Shown in pieces: positions 24,334 through 35,185 of a DNA stretch of 64,000 bases. The notes beneath the pieces are model-generated. The model was not told the origin of the DNA. It searched no databases and was given only the letters and a program-made list of their open reading frames with translations. Positions within the stretch are counted from its first letter, which is position 1; each line of letters begins with the position of its first letter. The translations under genes were made by a program, and so were the position numbers. This DNA is from Leucoraja erinacea (Eukaryota): NCBI RefSeq assembly GCF_028641065.1, contig NC_073405.1, forward strand, positions 19,902,001 to 19,966,000, given 5' to 3'.

Positions 24334-26058
24334 GCATCAATTCCTGGCCATTCCCTTTTCTCACTTCTACCTTCTGGGAGTGGATACAGGAACTAAAGCT
24401 CAGTCATCTAGGCTTAAGAACAGCTTCTTACCGAGTGCTGTCTGACTCCTGAACCATTCATCTCTTCACCTCCCCTTCCTATCAGTGCTGCTCCATACTC
24501 TTATTCGTAGCTCTCCCTCATCAGTTAATCTGTTGTACTTCACTCTTAACTCATAACTCCACCTCATCAGTTAATGTTAACAGCAGAATGGTGCAAGATC
24601 AGAATGCAAAAAACTGAGCAGTACAGGATATTATTCTGCATTGTTCAGTTTTTGCATTGCAATCTTGTACCATTCTACTGTTTTGCCCTTGTTGTATTTA
24701 TCATTGCTGTATCTATACTGTTCACTCTGTGAGCTTCATGTGAACAAGGAATTTCATTGTGCCCTGGTGGAAATGGCAAACTAATCTGTAATCTGCAGAC
24801 GTGAATTGTGAATAAACAGTGCTGAGCTATTACAGTTCTGTTCCCATACTTAATCATTTTTATGTTTGCAAAATGTCAACCAATTAGGCTTTTAAGTGGC
24901 TGCAAAACATTTGAAAAATCAGAATCAGACATCTAAATTTGTTTCTCTTTTACAATCATTCATTTTTTTTCCCCCCTTTCTTTGCCTAAAGGTTTTGGGT
25001 TTTGACAGAAGTAGTTCCAAGTCTACCCATTCCAGCCCTCGGGGGTGCTGACTCACTGTGTATTATGCTCTCAATTTTGACAAGAGAAAACAGAGCACAC
25101 ATAGCTTCATGAAAGGAAGGACTCGGAGGTGGTTACACCACGGAGGGAAGGCATGTGAATAACCAAGTCTGCGTGGGCTCTCTGCGGGAGCATTCCTTTC
25201 TGTCCCACTCCCATGTTCTCTCTCTGTAACTGATTTTTTTTCCTCTCCTTTACAATTCTATCCTATCTGCTCAGGAAATGATAGCTGATAGCTCATTAGC
25301 ATGCAACCAAAGATTTTTCACTGAACCTCGGTACACGTGACAATAAACTAAACTAAATTAAACTGAATCTGTTTCCGCATCTTTTGAGTTGAGGATTCCA
25401 GATAGTTCTTCTATATGTTATCCCCGGTTCTTATGCCAATTCGTTACAATTATTGTCATAAATTTCTCTGGCTCTGAATTATCATCGTTCTTCACAATTG
25501 AGTCATAATTTATGGAAACAAGTCCTTAAGGGGCCAAGAGTCAACATTAATCTCACGTTAATTCAATTAGATTTGTCTCATATCCTTTCCATTTTATTCT
25601 TCCCTTCCAGTCTCTTATCACTCACTTGCAGGCGAGGGATAATTAACAGCGGCCAAATAACCTACCAACCTGCATGGCTTTGGGATGTGGGAGGAAACCA
25701 GAGCAACAGGGAGAACGTGTAATCTCCACACATGTAGTGCCAGAGGTCAGGATTCAACCTGGGCCACTGGAGCTATGAGGTTTAGATCTACAGGCTGTAC
25801 CATGGTGCCACCCTGCCAGGTCCTAATTAAATCCATGGGAGAGATGAATGGAATGAAGTCAGCACAATGGTCTAACGCGCTGATCGAGGAGAAAAAAAGA
25901 AACTTGACATTTTGTTAGCCCAGTTGTACTTGCGGGAATTTCCTCTCAATCCAGTTCATTTTAGTCAAAGAAACAACTGGGTTTTTTATGATTCTTCGAA
26001 ACCTCACGACATTCCAAAGATCTTAACAGCGAAGTAGCAAATGTTGGAAGCACATGTA

Positions 26059-26765
26059 CAGTGCATTCAGAAAGTATTCAGACCCCTTCGTTTTTTCCAC
26101 ATTTTGGTACATTGCAGCTTTATTCTAAAATGGATTAAATTATTTTCTTTTTATCATCAATCTACACACAATAAATACCCCATAATAAAGAAGTGAAAAC
26201 AGGTGTTTAGAAATTGTTGCATGCACTATGAAGAGTCCTGGTGGTTTCAAACTGCTTCCATTTAAGAATGACAGAGGCCACCGTGCTCTTCGGGACCTGC
26301 AATGCCGCGGAAATTGTTTTATACCCTTCCCCAGATTTGTGTCTCGACACAATCCTGCCTCAGAGGTCTACGGGCATTTCCTTTGTCTTCATGGCCTGGT
26401 TTTTGCTCTAACATGTCAACTGTGGGACCTTGTATAGACAGCAGTGTGCCTTTCCAAATCATGTCCAGTCAATTTAATTTACCACTGGTGGACTCCAATC
26501 AGGATGTAGAAACATCTCAAGGATAATCAATGGAAACAGGATGAACCTTAACTCAATTTTGAGTGTCATGGCAAAGGATCTGAATACTTATGTAAATGTG
26601 ATATTTTAGTTATTTTGTTTTAATTATTTTGCAAAAATTTCTAAACATCTGTTTTCGCTTCTTCATTCTGGGGTATTGTGTGTGAATTTAATCAATTTTA
26701 AAATAAGGCTGTAACGTAACAGAATGTGCAAAAAGTGACGTGGTCAATACTTTCTGAATGCACTG
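26059..26765 (-). mobile_element. Internally deleted Tc1-like transposon (707 bp)
   Basis: TIRs cagtgcattcagaaagtatt... / ...aatactttctgaatgcactg, long imperfect IRs, TA at 26057-58 and 26766-67; N-terminal transposase remnant on - strand. Confidence 0.9.
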
Positions 26766-26971
26766 TACTATTACAGGAAATGCCACAGCCAATTTGTATG
26801 GTTTTGTAATCGGCAATGAGGAGGTTTTAGGGATACTGGGGCAAACTTTCCCACTCGCCTTCAAAATGGTCTCATAGAATTATTTACGTGCACCTGGGAG
26901 ACCAATCAACAATATTAGCTGATCATTTTCCCATGAGGGTAACTCCCTCTGAAGGACTAATGGGAAGCAAT

Positions 26972-27302
26972 GGGCGGCATGGTGGTGCAGTGGTAGAGAT
27001 GCTGCCTGACAGCACCAGAGACCTTGGTATGATCCAGACTGTAGGTGCCCTCTGTACGGAGTTTGTACGTTCTCCATGTGACCGCGTGGGATTTCTCCCG
27101 GTGTTTCGGTTTCCTCCACATTATAAAGATGTACAGGTTTGTAGGTTAATTGGCTTCAGTAAAAAATTGTAAAATTGTCCCTAGTGTAGTGTAGGGATAG
27201 TGTAGTGCTAGTGTGCTAGTGGGGATCGCTGGTCACCATGGACTAGGTGGGCTGAAGGGCCTGTTTCCGCGATGTTTCTCTAAAAATCAGAACTAAAACT
27301 AA
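26972..27302 (+). mobile_element. HE1-type V-SINE, full length
   Basis: gggcggcatggtggtgcagtgg head through ctaaaactaa tail. Confidence 0.85.
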
Positions 27303-27591
27303 TGGAAAGCAACATGAGCCTACATTGCGTGTTTGTGTACTGGATTGTAGTCTGAAAACCTCTACCTTGCATGGGATGTCAGTGGATGGACATTGCCTCC
27401 CTATCTCTTACATTTCCCAAGACCAATTGATGTATTGCACAGTTTATCAAGGTACAGCCACAGCAAGCACAGGCCACCACCTATCCTGCATTGCTGCAAC
27501 ATTACGATGCCAGCACTCACCTCTTGGCCTGTCTCTGTAAATCTGAGTGATCGGTGCAGATTTGGTTCCTGTCTGTGATGGAGTTCTTGGT

Positions 27592-27866
27592 GTCACAGTG
27601 GTAGAGTTGCTGCTTTACAGCACTGGAGACCTTGGTTCAATCTTGAATGTGGGTGCCATCTTTATGGAGTTAGCACATTCTCCCGTGTGACCGTGTGGGT
27701 TTTCTCTGAAGTTCCGGTTTCCTCCCACATTCCAAAGACTTGTAGGTTAATTGGCTTCTCTCAATTGTCACTGGAGTGCAGGATAGAACATGCGTGTGTG
27801 TGATCGTTGATTGGCGCGGATCCCGTGGGCTGAAGGGCCTGTTTCCCCTCTATCTTAAAACTAAAA
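27592..27866 (+). mobile_element. HE1-type V-SINE (diverged)
   Basis: Head, V-domain and tail present. Confidence 0.75.
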
Positions 27867-28457
27867 TACCTAGGCTCCCTAGTTATGAACTCCTCCATCC
27901 CAAGGCCTGGTCTGGTCTCCAAACACTAGCCCTCTTTCCACTGGATGGAGCTCCATCACACACAAATAGTGTCATCTCAGCTGCTTGCTTTGGTGGGTTC
28001 ACAGGTGAAGTGGTTCTAGTTGAAGCATGCAATGACCAAGACTCAGTACCATTTCCAGGTATGGTATTATTGTCATGTGTGTCAAGATACAGTGAAAATT
28101 TTTACTTTGTGTGCTAACAGGCAAATCATAGCATACGTGAGTACAGTCAAACTACAGACAAGTACAACAGGCAGTGCAAATACAGAAAGGAACCAGCGTG
28201 CAAAATACAGAGAAACTACAGAGAAAGTCTTCTGCCTTCAATAATAGTAAGATTAAACGAGAACTTACCAGTTCGAAGTTTGATCATTATTTTATGAGGA
28301 GTACGTTGAGGGAATACGTGAAGAACCCCGCCAGGACACATGCGTGTCATTCTTCAAAGCAGCGGTGTGAAATCACAGATAACTGTAATGACTTAAACAT
28401 AGTAAGATTAGAGAAGAAATACCAGTTGAGTATATGATCATGGGTGGGAGTGGAGGG

Positions 28458-28569
28458 CACGTATTCCCTCAACGTAGTCCTCATAAAATAACGATCAAAC
28501 TTCGAACTGGTAAGTTCTCGTTTAATCTTACTATTTTACTTCGGAGTCACGTGAGTGACTACGTGAAGA
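28458..28569 (-). repeat. DIRS internal complementary region (ICR)
   Basis: + strand reads the element 3' end joined to its 5' end (...aatcttacta-tttt-acttcggagtcacg...). Confidence 0.9.
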
Positions 28570-28732
28570 TTTCAAAGCTCTGTGATTTCATGCCGTGGAA
28601 ACGAGTCCATGCATCACATCTGCCTTAATGACTGTGGGAGGAATTGTGTCAACATAATTTAGACATGAATCCGACATTGAAATCCATGAAAATTTATTAA
28701 CACAAAATTATAGCCCCTATTTATGGGGTAAA

Positions 28733-29593
28733 TTAAATTACAGAACTTAAAATTGTTTCTGCAAACGTTCCAGGTTTAATGACTGGTTTATGATAAAATA
28801 GTTGGAATGTTTTTTCCCATGACCATCCTGCTGTCTTGAGGATTTGGTCCATTGGTACATCCAACTGCATAGCTGCCGATGTAGCTGCAGCCCTGGTGGA
28901 ATGAGATTTAAAAATATTAGTATCCACCCCAGCCTGTATTAGAACCTGCTTCAGCCATCTTGAGATGGTCTGGACCATCACTTTTTTGTGTGGTTGCTTG
29001 TGGCTGACTAAAAGTGCCTTCTCATTGCCTCTGATGATTTTCGTGTTCTCCATGTATAACAACAAATGTCTTACTATACAGAGACGATCATCTGTTGGGT
29101 AAGACCTAAATTCTATATTGAGGCCTGCTGATCCCTGTCTGTTCTGCTTAACTAATTCATAAATATGAAACGTAATATTTCCAGATGAAGAAGTCATGTT
29201 GTCCAGTCTTAATTTATGTAACGACTGTACCCTTTGTGCCATGACCAAAGCCATTAGCATGACTGTTTTTAATGTCAGTCTATGTAGGGACAGAGCTGTT
29301 GCTGGAGACCAATTCCTGAGCATCGTCAGGACAATACTCACATCCCATATTTGAGAGTACCTGGTTCTTGGGGGATTGGTATTAAAAATTCCCCTCATAA
29401 GTTTTGTTACCAGTGGGTGAGTCCCAACAGAGTGACGCTCTGTTCCTTGCCATAGATAAGTTGATAGGGCACTTCTGGCGCAGTTGATGGCACTATAACT
29501 GAGCCCCTCATCATAATGGAGGCCTGCCAGGAATTCCAGAACAGATGGGATGTTCATTTCTCTGTAGGTGATGCTGTTTTTGTGACAATACAT
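28733..29593 (-). CDS. Tyrosine recombinase of DIRS element (286-aa ORF; frame extends to ATG 29659 through one TAG at 29597-29599)
   Basis: VLEFL...GLSYSAIN.ARSALS core-binding region; catalytic motifs AQRVQSL (R), VKQNR (K), SHSTRAA (HxxR), AGWS (W), FQLFYHK (Y). Confidence 0.9.
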   Translation of the reverse strand: MYCHKNSITYREMNIPSVLEFLAGLHYDEGLSYSAINCARSALSTYLWQGTERHSVGTHPLVTKLMRGIFNTNPPRTRYSQIWDVSIVLTMLRNWSPATALSLHRLTLKTVMLMALVMAQRVQSLHKLRLDNMTSSSGNITFHIYELVKQNRQGSAGLNIEFRSYPTDDRLCIVRHLLLYMENTKIIRGNEKALLVSHKQPHKKVMVQTISRWLKQVLIQAGVDTNIFKSHSTRAAATSAAMQLDVPMDQILKTAGWSWEKTFQLFYHKPVIKPGTFAETILSSVI

Positions 29594-29661
29594 CTCCTAT
29601 TTCCTGATATAGACCAGATACTGTTTTTTGGTGGACTGTCTGTGGGCCGCCAAAATCATGT

Positions 29662-29913
29662 TCACTGTTCGGTCCGTCCCGCCCGCGGCTGCTCAAAGTC
29701 GGACTCATCTGAGTCAACGACTTTGTTGGTTTTTTGTTTTGCCTTACCGCCTGGCCGCGGAGTGGATCTGGCCGGTGCGGAGGCGACATCGGACACAGCT
29801 GATCCCATTATAGGTGATTCATGTGCCGCTGGCCGCTGCTGGCTGCCCGCTACTCCGCGGTCCTCCCCCACTAGCTTTGTCGCAGCCCTCGTTGCTTTCT
29901 TCGATTTGTCCAT
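29662..29913 (-). pseudogene. Truncated ORF1 (gag-position) N-terminus of the DIRS element
   Basis: ATG in good context (gggagcATGG), low-complexity MDKSKKATRAATKLVGED...; runs directly into YR sequence at about 29675. Identity inferred from position only. Confidence 0.55.
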
Positions 29914-30146
29914 GCTCCCCACCTGTAATCAGTATGGGAAACACAAAAAGACCGCAGAGTAACTCTTACCTGCAGGTTCCGGCTTTTAAAACTGCCGCTG
30001 CGGGGGAACGTCGTTCCACCCCGCCTGACTGTTTTGTAGCGATATGACACGCATGCGTCCTGGCGGGGTTCTTCACGTAGTCACTCACGTGACTCCGAAG
30101 TAAAATCATGCTTCATAGTGGATACAAATAAATGTTTTTGTTAATA

Positions 30147-31425
30147 CAGTGCCCTCTCTAATGTTTGGGACAAAGACACATCATTTATTTAATTTCCTCT
30201 GTACTCCACTATTTGAGATTTGTAATAGAAAAAATCATGTGGTTAAAGTGCACACTGTTAGATTTTATTAAAGGCCATTTTTATACATTTTGGTTTCACC
30301 ATGTAGAAATTACAGCTGTGTTTATACATAGTCCCCTCCATTTCAGGGCACCATAATGTTTGGGACACGGCTTTGCAGACGTTTGTAATTGCTCAGGTGT
30401 GTTTAACTATCTCCTCACTGCAGGTAGAAGAGAGCTCTCAGCATCTAGTCTTTCCTCCAGTCTTTCCATCACCTTTGGAAACGTTTGTTGCTGTTTATCA
30501 ACATGAGGATCAAAGTCGTGCCAATGAAAGTCAAAGAAGCAATTATGAGTGAGAATCAACAATAAAACTGTTAGAGACATCAGCCAAACCTTAGGCTTAC
30601 CATAATGAACTGTTTGGGACATCATTAAGAAGAAAGAGAGCACTGGTGAGCTTACTAATCGCAAAGGGATGCAGGCCAAGGAAGACCTCCACAGCTGATG
30701 ATAGAAGAATTCACTATAATAAAGAAAAATCCCCAAACACCTGTCTGACAGATCAGAAACACTCTTCAAGAGTCAGGTGTGGATTTGTCAATAACCACTG
30801 TCTGCAGAAGACTTCATGAACAGAAATATAGAGGCTACACTGCAAGATGCAAACCACTGGTTAGCCGCAAAAATAGGATGGCCAGGTTACAGTTTGCCAA
30901 ACATACTGCTAAAGCGACAAAGCTAAAAAACGGTCAATTCTTGAGTGGCCAAGTCAATCACCCGATCTGAACCCAATTGAACATGCTTTTTATGTGCTGA
31001 GGAGAAAACTGAATGGGACTAGGCCCCTAAACAGGCATAAGCTAAAGATGGCTGCAATACAGGCCGGGCAGAGCATCACCAGAGAAGACACCCAGCAACT
31101 GGTGATGTCCATGAATCGCAGACTTCAAGCAGTCATTGCATGCAAAGGATATGCATCAAAATACTAAACATGACTACTTTCATTTACATGACATTGCTGT
31201 GTCTCAAACATTATGGTGCCCTGAAATGGGGGGGACTATGTATGAACACAGCTGTAATTACTACATGGTAAAACCAAAATGTACAAAAATGACCATGATT
31301 AAAATCTGACAATGTGCACTTTATCCACATGTGATGTTTTTTCTATTGCAAATCATAAAATTGTGTAGTATAGAAGCAAATAAATAAATGATGGGTCTTT
31401 GTCCCAAACATTATGGAGGGCACTG
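30147..31425 (+). mobile_element. Tc1-like IR/DR transposon with defective transposase
   Basis: About 220-bp TIRs with inner direct repeats (ccataatgtttgggaca); TA at 30145-46; remnants TVRDISQTLGL, GRPRKT, TVCRRLHEQ..GYTARCKPLVS..NRMARLQFAK, WPSQSPDLNPIEH; middle of DDE domain deleted, frameshifts. Confidence 0.92.
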
Positions 31426-31766
31426 CATGTCTCATCAACTAGGTAATGGTGCAGTTCACAAATAATTAAAAATCATGAGTAATTGTGTTGATATCTATGC
31501 AAATTATCTCCATTCTAACGATGATTCTGGTTCCACCCTGTTCCATTTGTTCGGGCAAACGCTGGAGGTTGTGATTAAAATCATTTGTATCACATCTTCC
31601 CATATTTCACAAATGTGTCAAGGTGAATCATGCTTGAATCACTCTTATAGTGCAGGGATTGTTCAACACAGGCAATGCATCAACAAACCCCCCTGAAACA
31701 CAGTGCTCTGAGCTCTGCCATGGGAAGAGATTAGAACGCGGACAGAGGATAAGATTCAACGGAAGT

Positions 31767-31968
31767 TAGACACAAAAAGCTGGAGTAACTCAGCAGGACA
31801 GGCAGCAAAGCGTGACATTTCGGGTCGAGACAGCCTGAAGAAGGGTCTCAACCCTAAATGTCACCCATTCCTTCTCTCCAGAGATGCTGCCTGTCCTGCT
31901 GAGTTACTCCGGCTTTTTGTGTCCATCTTCGGTGTAAACCAGTGTAAATCTGCAGTTCCTTTCTTCAT
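31767..31968. mobile_element. Penelope-derived fold-back repeat with probable TSD
   Basis: Inverted arms; taagattcaac repeated at 31750-31760 and 31970-31980. Confidence 0.75.
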
Positions 31969-32494
31969 GTAAGATTCAACAGATGGCACAAAGCCTGCAA
32001 TGCTCCCACTGGCTCCTGGGAACCTCTGGCCCGTCACCACTCAGTGTGGTTGTGACCACAAAACCAGAGATCAGCGCTGAACCACTGTCGACCTCATTAC
32101 CTGAACTACTGTCTACTATCCTTGGTTGGATTTGACTGGCTTTATCTTGCATTAAACATTATTCCCTTGATGTGTATCTATACAAGGGTAAATGGCTTGA
32201 TCGTAACCATGTATTGTCTTTCTGTTGAATGGATAGCACGCAATACAAGATTTTCACTGTACCTTGCTACATGTGACAATAAACTGAACTGAACTGAAAA
32301 TGGAGAAGGAACATTGGGATGGTACTGACAATCCTGAGGTCAGGCATCACAGAAGAGTCTCATAAGAGGCAGAAGGAGGGCCTCTCCTCTCAAACTACTG
32401 AACTAACCGCCCTGCCAGGCATCTCCTGCCTAAGCTGTGGAGGAGTCAGTGCTTCCCACAGTGCTCTCGTCAACTATCTCACAACCCACAAAAC

Positions 32495-32794
32495 ACACGG
32501 TAGCGCAGCGGTAGAGTTGCTGCCTTTCAGCGCCAGAGACCCGGCTTCCATCCTGACTACTGGTGCTGTCTGTACAGAGTTTGTACGTTCTCCCCGTGAC
32601 CGCGTGGGTTTTGACCGGGTACTCTAGTTTCCTCTCACACTCCAAAGGTTTTTAGGTTAATTTGGTTTCTGTACATGGTAAGTAGTTCCTAGTCTGTAGG
32701 ATAGTGCTACTGTAGAGTGATCGCTGGTCGATGCGGGCTCGGTAGGCTGAAGGGCCTGTTTCCGCGCTGTATCTCTAAACTAAACTAAACTAAA
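32495..32794 (+). mobile_element. HE1-type V-SINE
   Basis: cacggtagcgcagcggtagag head, V-domain, (ctaaa)3 tail. Confidence 0.88.
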
Positions 32795-32902
32795 GTGGAA
32801 GTAAGTCATCCTCAATCCTGAGAGACAACCAAAGATGCATGCATTAGCAATGATATTTCTTTCTCTGAGAAACAGTACTCTGCTAATTATAATTCTTCCC
32901 TT

Positions 32903-33707
32903 TTTTTTGTTTTTTTTAACAAAACATTTATTCAATTATTAAAAATAATATTTACACTACAATAAAACAAGCCAGAACCCACCACCATAATACAATACAA
33001 ACATGTATCTATAATAAATTACTATACAACTATGTTACAATCCTTATTAAGGATACATTCAACACCCTGCGGAGCCCAGCGGTCCTGGAACTCCCTCAGA
33101 GTGCCCGTAGACAGGGCGTATTCCTTTTCTAACCCCACCCAGGCACGGACGTAACCCCGGAAAAGGGGCAGGCAGCTGGCTCGGGTAGAGCCCTCCACCG
33201 CCTGGCGCCGTGACTCGCGGATGGCCAGCTTGGCCAGGCCCAGGAGCAACCCAACCAGGACATCTTCAGCCCTACCCTCTCCCCTACACACAGGGTGTCC
33301 AAAGATGAGGATGGTGGGTGAAAACTGCAGCCAGAAGGCAAGGAGCAGCCCCTTTAGATATTCAAACAGTGGCTGCAGCCTCACGCACTCCATGTACACG
33401 TGGTACACAGACTCTTCCAGCCCGCAAAAGTGGCAGGCGGCTGGCGAGTCTGTGAACTGCGAGAGAAACAGGTTGCAGGGAACACCTCGGTGCAATACCC
33501 TCCACCCCAGGTCCCCAATGTAAAGGGGGAGAATCCCTGCGTAGAGGGACTGGAAGGCAACACCGACCGCCACTTGGTGTCCGGACGGTGGACCAGGGCG
33601 AGGAAGTGCAGGGTGTGGAGGAGGAGCCTGTACAGGACACGCCTCCCTGCGTCTCGGAGGGAGATGAAGGGTGTCGAGGAAAGGCGGCTCAAATTGTGTG
33701 GGACCGG
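32903..33707 (-). mobile_element. 5'-truncated Tx1-clade LINE (ORF2 C-terminus with CCHC zinc finger, one frameshift)
   Basis: GDLGWRVLH...FTDSPAACHFCGLEESVYHVYMECVRLQPL...LAKLAI closely resembles recalled Tx1 ORF2; AATAAA and A-tail at the left end; TSD ataattcttccctt at 32889-32902 and 33713-33726. Confidence 0.9.
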
Positions 33708-33811
33708 CTATAATAATTCTTCCCTTGGTAGTGGACTGCCTCAGATGTGTGCAATAGCAATGAGATTTCTTCCTCAAGAAACAGAACTCTGCCATATATA
33801 ATTCTTCCCTT

Positions 33812-34345
33812 TATTAGGAATACTTTATTGTCACATGTGACTAAGCACAGAGAGATGCTTTGCTTGCATTATTGCATACCTAATGTATACAAATAGCAGC
33901 CACTACTGCGCTGACAACGTTACAAAGCCCGCCGGCTTTTCCTTTTGGCCCCCTGCCCCCTCAACAGTTCCCCCACACCGGCTCGCCATTGTCCTTTGTC
34001 CTGCCCACCTCCCACACGATGGTCCTCCATGCCGGGTCCTGCATTGTTCTTCCCCTCCCCCCCTCACAGTGATCCTCCATGCTCCCATCGACAGTCGACC
34101 CGCGTGGTATCGCTGCCGCCGCGAATCTTCACCAACACTGAGGCCTCACCGCTGTCGATACCCCACTTCACGCCTCCGTGGTGCAGATCCGGGCCCCAGC
34201 TGCGGGCTCCGTTGGCCGCTCCGCCGACTCGCGAGGCCCTGAGCCGGGATTCCACGCAGCGATCTGGGGGTCATCGAGACTGCGATGCCTCGATAAAGAC
34301 CTCCGGGCGCGTTCCCAGTCCACAGCTGTAGTCGTGGCCCAAAGC
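33812..34345 (-). mobile_element. GC-rich putative non-autonomous retroposon fragment (tail shared with 19241-19465)
   Basis: aatactttattgtcacatgtgac tail (reverse complement) followed by a CpG-rich body. Confidence 0.45.
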
Positions 34346-34974
34346 TAATGGGCAGCGCGGACATGGTGGGCCGAGTGGCCTGTTTCTGGGCTGTATAATT
34401 CTGTCAGCATCACCTAATGGATAATTCATTTTATTGCGGAGTGATGCAGCCAGTGCGGAGCGGTTGCCACGTTCTTCAGTGTAATTTCCACCGCACTTCA
34501 AAAGAATAATGATAAATTGCAGCTAAAAGAGGAGCTTGAACTCCCATTGAGGAGCACCTTTTGATGTCCTGAAAGTACCAGAGTCTGCAGTGTATTAGCG
34601 GCTTTTGAAGTGCAGCCAGTATTGTTATGCAGGCACATTCAGCAATCAGTAAGCATCCAGCGAGTCACTCCACCGGCAGATGACAGAATTACCAATTACC
34701 TTTTTGTCGGGCAGTTTGTTTAAGAGAGAACTATTGGCTTGAGAAAGACTCTGCTTCTTATACTCACCCAGGCGACTTTTTTCAAATTTCACCCAGACTA
34801 GCAGGCTGGACAGAGCTTTGATATGCCATCTTATTTTTCAATGGATATTTATTGTCACATATGCAATTAAACATTATGTAGTGACATTCATTTTGTATAC
34901 AATTCCGGCGCTGCCATGTTTGCCGCCAATTTATCAAGTTCACAGTCCCGGCCTGGACAAGCGTGGCCCTGGTT

Positions 34975-35185
34975 ATAGTCGTAGAGTGATACAGAGTGGA
35001 AGCAGGCCCTTTGGCCCAATTTGCCCACACCATCCAACATCTACAGCTACACTAGTCCCACCTGCCAGGATTTGGTCCATATCCCTCCAAACATTGTCTT
35101 ATCCATATACCTGTCTAACGGCTTTTTAAACGTTGGGATAGTCCCAGCCTCAACTACCTCCTCTGGCTACTTGTTCCATACACCT
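34975..35185 (-). mobile_element. CR1 LINE 3' end
   Basis: Reverse complement of the CR1 tail seen at 19810-20118. Confidence 0.75.

Larger units (their letters stand above)
28243..30105 (-). mobile_element. DIRS-1-type tyrosine-recombinase retroelement, internally deleted (no RT/RNase H/MT), with intact ITR and ICR
   Basis: ITR 30044-30079 vs 28315-28350 (1 mismatch in 36); ICR 28458-28569 complementary to both termini (28243-28320, 2 mismatches in 78; 30070-30105, 36/36); YR ORF inside; no TSD. Confidence 0.93.

Noticed and set aside
28733-29593. Phage integrase or bacterial contamination
   Set aside because: The YR lies inside DIRS-type ITR/ICR ends and is flanked by vertebrate repeats.
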